Source of the DNA: Paragordius varius
Lineage: Eukaryota > Animalia > Nematomorpha
Length of the DNA: 64,000 nucleotides
Reading direction: 5' to 3'
NCBI GenBank assembly: GCA_964247055.1
Contig: OZ176056.1
Span: 4,402,001 to 4,466,000, forward strand
The notes beneath the pieces were generated by a model. That model had not been told where the DNA came from and searched no databases. It saw nothing but the letters and a program-made list of their open reading frames with translations. Position 1 is the first letter of the stretch. Each line of letters begins with the position of its first letter. Below are positions 34,601 through 46,000 of the stretch, in pieces. A program made the translations under genes and the position numbers.

Positions 34601-37600
34601 GATTTTAAAAATATTCCATCAAAACTTAACATGGACATACATAAATAAAATAAATATTTCTTGTAATTGAATGGTTATAAAAAAATTCGAAAAATCAAAG
34701 ACGATAAAAAATATAATTCAGCTTACATTACTTAAACAGGCACCACTAATTGGATCAGTAAAATTACATTCAAGTTGATCCGGGAAATAGGTATCGACTA
34801 TAAAATTGTATATTTTTTAAAAGATATTATATTCGGGAAAAAATACATATAAAATATATAAAATAAAAATATGTTAAACGCATTAATTTTTTTAATATAA
34901 GCCTATGATAAAAATAATGAAATAATTTTTAACTTTCAATGTACCCAAATTGTCTGTAAAAAAATTAAATTTTCCTTTTGACGGCGCAGTTCCAAACAAT
35001 CAAGTTTTTAAGGATGTTTTTTTTTCATAATATTGTTAATATACAACTTTCTTTAAATTTAAAGATGGAAAATAAAATTTTGCTGTTTTTTATATTTTTT
35101 GTTTATTAATGAATAATTTTCAGAATAATTAAGCTATTGGTAAAAATTACAATTCAAATCAAATTTATTGACCAAAAAGAAAACAAACCCAACCCATTTT
35201 TTTTTCAAATAACAATAAAACCTTTGGCCTATATTAATTTCAAATTTTATTTAAAATAACCATTTTAACGGTTTTTTTTGATAAAATCATGTCATGAGAA
35301 ATTTTTTAAGCAAAAATTTATCATAAATTATCTAGGCATTTATTTTTTTTAAAAAAAATATATTTTGCCATTCAAACCATTTAAATCGTTATTTAGCTTA
35401 TGTAATAAAAATTATTATCCATGCATCCTTACAAATTTTAATAACTTTCCCCTTGAAAATAGCATTTTTAAATTAAAAAATGGTAATATCCAACATTTTA
35501 TGGACTTAATTTTTTAAATCGAAACTAGAACACTTAAATCGCTTTTATGGATAATCTAATGTCACAATTTGTAAAATATATCAGAAATTTTAACTTTTTT
35601 TTGGATAAGCTTAGTGATATTAACGCAAAAATTGCCTTAAAAAACTCTTTCTTTGTGAAAAAACTCAGGCTTTTACATTTACGAGCTCCACAACAGGTAT
35701 GTATGAGATCAATCCATTGAGAATGACCTACTATTCCGTGTGCATATGCGAAAGGAAAAACACTTTGATCATTGAAAGGAACGGATAATAAACCATTTCC
35801 AATAGCAATTCCCTACAAATTAATTAAATATATATATTTTACAGAATAAAAATCGAGATTATATGTATATAGCACAAAACACAACAAATGTTTTTATAAA
35901 AATAATTTTAAAGTAAATATATTATTATAAATTAACAAATCCTCTTTTAATATGCAATGCAAAATTTTAAAATCCAAAAATTAAGTTTTAATATATTAGT
36001 CTTTTATTTTTTTGTTTATAATAATGATAATTTTTAGTGTAAATTTTTTTCTTTTACAAAGTTTTGTGGCAATTATTATACTTTGTTAAACAAGTACATT
36101 AAACAATCATGTTTGATCATTTTTATAAAAAATAACGGTTTGAAACCTTTTATTTGGGGCATGAAAGCCGCATATTTTATTATCATTTCTTTTCAACATA
36201 TTATTATCTGATTCCATTTATAAAAATGAAAAATTCATTTGTTATATACGGACTATTAAAATTTTGCCTTATATTACGTTTTTTGGTTCAAAAATGATAT
36301 TTTTTTTACTAACATTACATTAAATCATTGTTTTTATAAATAATTCTAAAAAATCGCTTCATTATATCTGATTCGTCCGTATATTCTTTGTAGGTTTTAT
36401 ACATATTAAGCTAAAAAATTTTTAATTATTCTTAAATGTTTAATAATTTTTATTTTACCCTTGAATAAAAATATATATAAATATATGCTTGCTTTGAGTT
36501 TAATGCCATTTTTAGGCATATCTTGAATTATACGGTATGCAAGAGTGGGCACATAAAATCCGCCATAAGATTCACCCGTAACATAAAAATCGTTTTGAAT
36601 GAATTGTGGAAATTTGGCAAAAAATGACTTTAATGCCATATAATTGTCCCTGCTAACCTAAAATTAATAATTTGAATTAATATATATATATATATATATA
36701 TATACCAGTTAGAGTCAAATTCAGCCTTTAACAATTCAAATTAGCCCTTTAAAAATATAAATTTACCCTTTAACGATTCAAATTTACCCTCAACAATTCA
36801 AATTAGCCCCCTTTAATAATTCAATCCACCCTTTAACATTCAAATTCACCCTATTTTCGGGCTATTAACTCATTCTTAATATCAAATATATCTTTATGGC
36901 AAAGTTAATTTTTTTTCAGTATTTAATTTTAAAAAAAATTTTATTTTTGAAAAATATAAAAAATGTAGGTAATTTTTAACCTAAAAAACATAATTTATTT
37001 TAGGGTGAACTTGAATTGTTCAAGGGTAAATTTGAATTGTTCAGGGGTGAATTTAAAGTGTAAATGGTATATATAAGAAAACAAATGTTTTGCTATTTTA
37101 AATATTTAAAATATATTTTAAACTTTAGATTTTTAGGTTCATTTTTTTCTAATTGGTAAAATTTACAAAAATTATATATATACATTAATTTAAAAAACCA
37201 AGTTTTAAAAATCATAGTGTTAAAATTCAATCAACTAGTTAAACAACTGCATAAAAAGTATGTTAAAATTATAGCATTTGTGAAAAATTACCAAAAAAGT
37301 TTAATAAATTTAAATATATATTATAAAATTAAATTTCCATAATTTCAAAAATATTTTTGGGAAATTTAAAAATTATTTTTAGCAGATTTTATCTTTAATT
37401 TTATTATTATGTTACTGTGTCATCATCGTATACATTACGGTTTTCTAAGTCATATGAATAACCCACACCAGCCGGCGATTCCAGGAATATTATGTTAGCC
37501 ATCTAAAGGATAATAAAATCATAATTATAATATATCCATGGAAATGTATTTTAAAAACGTTTGCTAACTGAAATAAATAGTTTTTATAAATGAAATTTAA

Positions 37601-38683
37601 TAAAAGTTTAAATAAAACGCCAAGTATTCACATTTAATAACATTCATTTTTATTATTTATTGGTTACATCTTATTTAAAAATAGAATAAAGTTAAGTAAA
37701 CATGATATTTATTACCTATCAACAAATTAAAATTTCTCAAACGCATTTTTACTGAAATCCCATAGATTAAAATTTTCTTATTCTAACCATTAAAAAACGT
37801 CAAAAATCTTTAAAAATGGTAATAAATTGTCAAAAAAAAATATTTTTTTTTCAAAATAAAAGCTACCTTATTCCACGTATGATTATTAAAGTATAATTGT
37901 TGGCCTTTTCTGTCTTTTATGTGGAATGGGCCTAGCTCCCCAATAAGCCCTTCAAGAGAACTACAACCCGGACCGCCATTTAGCCAAAGTACTAAAGGAT
38001 CTTGAGATGGCTCATTTAGAGATTCTACGAACCTTTTGCGATTGCCAATGAGTGTAAAAATATTTTACGTGTATATAAAATTATTTGATTTATATGTATG
38101 TATAAAGTATTGATTACCCTTCTAAGATGCCCTTATTTTATCTAATTGCAATTTTTTATGTGAATCAGATTTGATTAAAAACTGTAGAATATTTTTTTTT
38201 TGATGAGTTATTATCACTACCCATCATTATGAGCCTTTTAAAATAACCTGTGCTCTATAAACTTTGTAGCTTATTTATTATGCATACCGAAGTTTAAAGA
38301 AGGTCTTCCTGATATAAAAGTAAAGTTGAGAACATTTAACCACAAACCTAATATTTTGTGGTTATTATGCATCTAATAATTATCCAAAAATAAAGAAATT
38401 AAATTTTTTAAAATTTAATATATAATTAAAAATTATCAATAAATTTTAATTTATTTTATTTTATTTAAAAAAGGGTGGTAAATTTATTTGAATATATACA
38501 TCATCTTATATATATATATATATATACCAATAATGAAAGGATTTGTTTTCATTAATCTTGAGGTATCCTGAATATTGTTTGAACGTTATTTTATCATTGA
38601 AACCAGGTAAGTTTTGAATTAAATCCGGATTCTCGACATATTCGTCCCAATATTACAGTAAGCAGTGCACAATATTTAATCAT
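31619..38683 (-). CDS. Serine carboxypeptidase, peptidase family S10 (cathepsin A / lysosomal protective protein-like), 10 exons
   Basis: Exons 38528-~38683, 37867-38032, 37416-37502, 36493-36657, 35683-35812, 34727-34797, 34002-34292, 33301-33425, 32731-32939, 31619-31749 join in frame. Motifs: [34 protein letters not shown] (catalytic Ser), GIAIGNG, YNGDTD (Asp), KGAGHMVP (His). Two donors must be GC; the extreme 5' end is unresolved (see findings). Confidence 0.95.
31771..32071. mobile_element. MITE family R2 (termini TATACCATTTA; subterminal ttcaaattcaccc repeats)
   Basis: Inverted termini and shared core. Other copies at ~33721-33984, 36701-37071, 44595-44851 and 61428-61689, with a partial copy at ~57160-57225. 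Confidence 0.75.
36701..37071. mobile_element. MITE family R2 copy in carboxypeptidase intron 3
   Basis: tatacca...aaatggtata termini with amplified ttcaaattcaccc subrepeats. Confidence 0.75.
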
Positions 38684-38763
38684 GCTGCTATCTATACACA
38701 CACTCATCAGATGAAGGAATATCAATCACACCATAAAAATTATAAAATAGGTATGTAGTTTAA

Positions 38764-39338
38764 GACTTGGATACAACACACTCATTTTAGTCCTTCGATT
38801 CAAATTGGGGTAGTTGGATACCCCAGGCCTGCTTAAAATTAAATTCTTTAAAAATATAGAAGGAATCGAAACCATGGCAAAATTTTCCACTTATCTAACA
38901 TTAATAAGCCGAAATATATAAGAAATTTTATTCAAAAATACTTGATATTACTTATTTTAAACTAAAACCGAAAGGTAAAAATTTCGTCAACGTGACATGT
39001 GTCAAATTGTAAAATTGAAAAATTATACAAACTAAACCGCTTTTTTTTATTTCTATCAAAAATAGATGTAATTTATATAAAAGATTAGCTTTAGTTTTAC
39101 CCTTAAATTATATAAAGGAGATATTTTGCAAAAATTTTGTAAAATAAAAATGGCGTCGAAGTAGTTTGAGATGGAGCTTTTTTTTTCAAAACAAAACTTT
39201 ATCAAGATGTTTTGGCATATTTATATAATATTAATCAGGATAGAAGCAGGAATTTAAATTGGGACCGTTTACTTCATTATAAATAATATTAATTTAAATT
39301 TAGTGGGGTATTTAGATACCCCAATTTGAATCGAAGTG
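38764..39338 (-). mobile_element. R1 MITE copy immediately upstream of the carboxypeptidase coding start
   Basis: Reverse-complement match to 5034-5616; TTAA at 38760-38763 and 39339-39342. Confidence 0.85.
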
Positions 39339-39484
39339 TTAAAATTAAAGACCTGATTTTTTGTTGCAATTTGTTAGGGTTTTATTATAGAGCAGGGGTA
39401 TTCACACCAAGTAATTTTTGGGGCTCACTATAAAATAATTTTTCATAAAGCGGGCTCCAGTGTAGTTTGATTCTGAATGCCGTT

Positions 39485-39522
<38 letters not shown>

Positions 39523-39560
39523 AATTTATATTTTATCAGATACTAGTTTTTACATATGAT

Positions 39561-40929
39561 TAGGGTTGTGATTTTGACCCCCTCTTTTTGAAAAAGGGGG
39601 TCAGACCTAGGTCGGACCTAGGTCTGACCTAGGTCATACCATATGTTATTGCCAATAATAAATAATTACATACATAAATACTTGATTAAATCACATAAAA
39701 AAGGTTTTTACATAAAGTATATATTTTTTAAAATTATACTTTCACCAATCCTGATAATTTAAATTTCTACAATTGACGATCTTTCCTGGAATCATACATA
39801 AAGACTTATAGATAGTTTCAAATCACAGAAAGCTAAGACTAACGAGAAAATATGGATTTATTAAAATCTATTTATGCTCAATTTAGATTGTGTGAAAACG
39901 AGTCGAAAACGTGTCCTTGTCAATGAACTTAACGTTAACTTAGGATGGTTCAAAGAAAATTTTATACGATTTATTAGATTTAATATATAATCGTGCTCAC
40001 TTCATTTAAAATTTCTGTAATCTTAGTAAGTTAAATATATTCTTTGATCAAATTATTTTAAATATGACATTGGCATCCATGTCATATTATATTAGGATAT
40101 TCTTTATTAATCGAATTTTTAGCAGCCTTCATGTTCGCTGCATTATCGGTCACAATGGCATTAATTTTTTAATATTATCTTTTATTAGTCCATTATGTTA
40201 TAGATACATTCGGCAGTCTTACTATGATAAGATGTGTCAATAGTTAATAAAAATGATTATAGGGATCCTTGGCCAATAAATAATATTAATTTGCTTCCGA
40301 CGAATATTGGTAAAGGGATCGACGATTAATGATATATTATTTTTATATCTTTATAATATGAATCTAGTAATTCATTGGAAATCTGTTTCTATGAATAGCA
40401 TAATTAGGTTTATAGTATGAATGAAACTCCGTAAATGTTTATTTTCAATTAGGTTAAGAGTTGAGGATGTAAAAATAAAATTTGCTAAATGTTTCTGGCT
40501 AGTTTCTCTTAAAAACATAAATTTTAAGTACTAAACTTAAGAAATTAAATAAATAGCTTGTCGACCATCACCCTCTGTCATATAATTTATTTGAACTTCT
40601 TTTAGATGTTTCTACAGTCCCTTTATATAAATATATATAATGTAATTCCATTTCTTGCATGTAACTTATTTTTGATGGAAAAATTTGCACAAGGCTGATT
40701 TCATTATGATTTAGGAAGTAAAAAAAGATGTGTATCAAATGATATTTAAAACAAAATAATATATATATAGATAATATAAGGTTTTGTTTTCCTAAAAATT
40801 GTAAAAATAAAAAAATAAAAAATTAAAAAAAATAAAAAAAATTGACCTAGGTCATTTTTTTTCGTAGTCATGACTATGGTCATGACCTAGGTCATGACCC
40901 TAGGTCATTGACTAATGGGCCCAACCCTA
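39561..40929 (-). mobile_element. Internally deleted hAT transposon with a perfect 8-bp TSD
   Basis: TIR TAGGGTTG...CAACCCTA; TSD CATATGAT at 39553-39560 and 40930-40937. Minus-strand remnant AIVTDNAANMKAAK...HGCQCHILN; subterminal GACCTAGGTC palindromes at both ends. Confidence 0.9.
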
Positions 40930-41393
40930 CATATGATGCATTAAATTTTAGCGTATTGTGAGTTTCAATGTGCGCAGTGCCCACAAAAAAATATAAATTC
41001 TGGTGGGAAAATATATGAAGATTATTATGGTGTTTGGTTTTTAGCCTTTTAAAGTGATGTAGTAAATTTATCTAAACGTTTGTTGCAAATGTTCTTTATC
41101 AACAAAATTGCAAATTTTTTGTAAAAGCGAATGCTTCATTCCAAAATAATCTAAAATATATTAAGTACTACATATAAAAAGCAACATATTTTTAAAATAT
41201 TTTAATTTTTAAATATGGGCTCCAAAAGTCCCAAATTTTTTCGCCCTCCTAAATAGGATAATTATAAATACTCAAAAATGCGGAGCTTGTAATAAAAAAT
41301 ATATTTGTTAGGTTAGCTTAATCAATTAAAAATTTTTATTAAAAAAATTATTTAGCAAAAATATGGGGTATGATGAATATAAATATGCTTAAA

Positions 41394-41780
41394 CACTAGG
41401 ATAAAACGCATTCATTTCAGTCCTTCGATTCGAATTGGGGTAGTTAAATACCCCAGGCTTGCGGAAAATCAAATATTTTGAAAAATGTGAAATAAATTAA
41501 AACCATTGTTTGCACTTTTATAACATTACTGAACCAAATTAGAATAAAAAATTTATTCAAAAATACATATTACTTATTCGGAGGCCCAAAGGTAAAAATT
41601 TAGTCAACATGATATTCGTGCATTAGCTATATTTAACATTTTGATTCAAATTGGGGTATCTAAATACCCCAGACTAAATTTTAGTTAGAATTTTTGAAAA
41701 ACTACTGAAGTAAACGGTCGCAGTTTAAATTTATGCTTCTATCCTAATAAAAATTATATAAATATGCTAAAATATTTTTA
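41394..41780. mobile_element. Two truncated R1 halves in opposite orientation, nested in an R7 copy
   Basis: 41394-~41615 matches the start of the 38764 copy; ~41636-41780 matches the start of the 5034 copy. Confidence 0.7.
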
Positions 41781-43044
41781 TTAATATAAATACATCTTTT
41801 TTAAACAATTAATGCTGAACATTTTTATCACCTCAAAATTTTGATTAAAATATTGTTTGTCTTCAAATTACAAATAAACAACCTTTAAATTAATATTCAG
41901 AGATATGAATGCTTAGCCTCATCAAATTAGAAAAAAGTGTTCAATATCTAAAAGCGTTTTTATACCGGTTCCATCATGGCTAAAAATAGTAGAGAGTACG
42001 CAGCAACAATATTATAAAATTTTTCTGAGAATATAAAATCAATAAATATTTGTCAAAATTTAACATAAATTTAAAAATTAAATCCCGGAATTTTTGTCTT
42101 TTAAAAGAACTAGTCCGTCGGGACTGTAGTCTATATCTAAAATTAAAATATTATAAAATTGTTTTGGTTTTTATAAGTAAATTATGTTATATTTTAATGA
42201 TAGTTTTTGAGATTTAAAAAATGTGTTAAAATTTTGCCATTCTAATCTGGCACTTATCGCAAAAGTGGATATAATTATATCATATCCAAAACCAAATGCA
42301 CCATAATCCTATACATTTCTATAAAATATATTTATTAAATATCAATATATTAATTCATGATCTTCTATATTGTACACTGTGTATATTACAAATATTGGAG
42401 CTTTGGCATATCTAAAATAATGTTTTATAAAAAAATTTCCTTTTTTTAATATATATAGTATATCTTATATGATAAAAGATTATAGGAATAAAGCATTTAG
42501 ATTTTACCAAAAAATATATATAATATTATAAGCGCTAACTTTGCGAATTACAATATCGACCAATTACCAAAGTCAAATAAAATTTAGATATCACTAGTAA
42601 GCCTCAACTCCAAAGTGAATGAGAATTCTGTTACATATATCTAATAAAAAATTATCAGTAAATCCTTTAATCATCCGATTTTGTATGCAATGTAACAAAT
42701 TCTAAATTTCTAACAAATAAGGACTTTTACGAAAAAAACTTCTATACTCTAATAACCTTTAAAAGATGAAAAACTGGCTATAAAATATGAGTCACCGTCA
42801 AACCATTTAAAATGGTTAAAATGACCTCCCCGTTTAAGTAACGCTATCATTCAACATTTATAATGAGAAATACCTAAAAATTCTTATTTTGCTATATTCT
42901 ACCTTTATTAAATATGTAATAAAGATTAGAAATATATGTATAAATTAACTCATATTTCCGATATTTAAGACCAAATCTCACATATATATAACCATTAAAA
43001 TGTAAATTTGATTAACATTTGATTAATGTATGAATAAATAAAAT

Positions 43045-46000
43045 ATGTCTTTATACGAGGGCTTAGATGTCGAAGTTGATACAAGTTTTTTTTATTTTAT
43101 AACTGGGCAGAGGAAAGCTGGGGTTCGCAAATAAAACTACTGCAGAGTCAATTGCAACTCAAAAAATCTCACAGTGCTACTAAAGTATAATTTTATTATA
43201 ATTTATAGACCAAATCCCGACATCCATCTTATCCCCCAGTCGGAAATACTGAACCAGTATTTATATTTATTTGTTTGTAATAATTAAACAATTATAAATC
43301 ACACCCCTCTTTTTATCTAGCATAAAGTTGAAGGCGCCTTGTTTGCCACAGTTATCAATAACCCAATAAACGAGTCTACACTATTCTCTCAACCTATAAC
43401 AAACGATTTAGAAGACAAAGTTGACAATTATGATGGCATTGATGACAATCTTATCAACAAAACCGATCAGCATGGTGAAAATTCACAATCTTCTGGTATC
43501 GAAGATGACTTTAGTCTAACTCCGTTTGAGGATGAATATGATCCAAGATACCCAAACGATTACGATAAGATTATGCTGTTACGTGAAGAAGCACGTGAAA
43601 GGGAACGGCTCGATGATTGGCGCAAAGAGTTTGAGGACCGAGATAAGTAATTTTGGTTTTTTCTTTACATAGATTTTTTTCAGATTAAAGCTTCTTAATT
43701 AGGCATGAAAATGGAAATTTGTTAATATCAAAACATTTCTAATCGATTCTTTATCTTGGTTTATATTTTATGTTTTGATCTTAAACACTTTACTTTATAT
43801 TAAATTGAATCTAATTAATATATCTATCCTATCTAATTTAAAAATTTATATTTGTTTATTAGACGTAGACGAGAAAAAATGAAAGAAAACAATGCTACTA
43901 CTGTTTCAGAGAATAAAAGTGGAGTAGCTATCGGACCTCCGCCCAGTGTTCTCTCCGATGTTAATGCAATCATAGTTAGCGGTTCTGAAACCGAAACTAA
44001 TAAGGGCGGCAAAAATTTTGCTCCAACTTTACAGTAAATTTTTTAATTAAAATAGTTTTTTGTTTTTAGATCTGAATTAAGGGACAATTTTTTTCATAAA
44101 TGAAACCAAACCATCTATCAAGAGTTTGGATTTATATATTTTTTAAGAATATTTTTTAATAGTCTTCTCTTGTCTTATTTAAGTTTAATTCACATCCAAC
44201 AAATATTATTTTATATGTCAATTTTTTATTTCGTCGGTTTTTAAATATGTAAGTTAGATTTATTTTTTTTATACATATAAATTTCTCAATATAGGTATAT
44301 TTTTTAAAACAGATAAAATATTTGATCGTAGTTATATTTCAGATACGCATTAGTAAATGCATTTTATAACCATTTTTAATTTATTTTTTTAATAATATTT
44401 TTTTATTATATTTAATTTAATTTTATAACAAGTGTTTTACTTAGAATTGATTACATTATTAGGTAAGTATATTTAACTGCATTTTGATTTTATAAAATTA
44501 TTACAAAAAAATATTGAATACAAATAAATAATTTGTATTAACAAATATTTTTGACAATATTTTTATGTTTACCATTATCATACCGGTTTTAAAATATAAC
44601 ATTTACAGTTCAAATTCACCCTTGAACAACTCAAATCCACCCTAAAAATTAATTATTTTTTCGGGCTAATATATTTCATTATTAATATAAAATATATACT
44701 TCTGGCATAGTTTATTATTTTTTCAGTATATATTAATTTTAAGCAAAAATTGATTTTTTAAAAATGTAGGTAATTTTCAATCCTAAACACATAATTTATT
44801 TTACGGTGAATTTGAATTGTTCAAGGGGGAAATTTGAACTGTAAATGGTATGGATATTTTTTAAATAATCGTAAATTTATGGGAAGCTGATTTTTTTTAA
44901 TTAAACATTTTTTTATTTGAATATACTTGATATTTAGTAATTGGTTGGCCGAATTTTCACAATAATAACATAAAAAATTATTTGTTTAACAAATTTTCAT
45001 TAAAAAATATAACTTATCTAATGGAATTTAATAAAAATAATTATTTTCAAAAAATTATTTATATTTAAATTTTATGCCATATTGTGATAAAAATGATTTT
45101 TTATATGTAAAAAATTTATAATTTTTATATTTACCTCTGCATTAATCTTTAATAATTCAGTGGCTGCATTTATAATTTCTTTCAAACCGAAATTTTTATT
45201 TTATTTTCCAATCCCTATTTTTTTATTTCAACAAACTTTTATAATCTTTTTTTATAATTTTTATTAATTATAATTTATGACATTTTTTAAACTTACTATT
45301 TTTTTACTGATTCATTGGCCGCATTTTTCACTTTTCTATATTAATAATAATTTTAACCAATTTTTATTAATTTTAATTTTCCTAGAATTTTTTTTATTTT
45401 TAATAAAGTTTAGTTTCATTAAATTTAACTTTTATTTATTTTTATCTAAAAAAATGATTATTGATTTTTCAATATTATTTATATAGTTTTTTCATTAAAT
45501 TTAACTAACTTATTTATTCTTTTTTTAGTGATTCAGTAGCCGCATTTTTCACTTTTATTATATTAAAAATGATTTTTTTAACAATTCTCTCCTAGGATTT
45601 TTATTTATTTTTAAATTTTCATAGTATAACTTTTATCTATTTTTGTCTAAAAATAACTTTAAATATTTATATTTATTAAATTTAATAACTCATTTATTCT
45701 TTTTTAGTAATTCAGTAGGCGCATTTTTCACTTTTATTATATTAAAAATTATTTTTTATTAATTTTAACAATTCTCTTCTAGAAAATTTTTTTCATGTTT
45801 GACAAATTTTTATTTAATATAACTTTTAACTATTTTTCTCTACAAATTGACTTTTAATGATTTTTAAATATTATTTATAGCGTTTTCATTAAATTTAGTA
45901 ACTTATTTATTCTTTATTAGTAATTCAGTAGCCGCAATTTTCACTTTTATTATATTAACAATTATTTATTTTTTTTTATTAATTTTAACGATTCTCTTCT

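Noticed and set aside
38726-38734. TGA read-through or selenocysteine in MV*LIFLHL upstream of the carboxypeptidase
   Set aside because: No SECIS-like element is evident, and the downstream frame problem would remain.
45277-45486. Hydrophobic 69-aa ORF resembling a membrane protein
   Set aside because: Translation of the T-rich satellite (Phe/Leu/Ile bias); lies within SPF45 intron 5.
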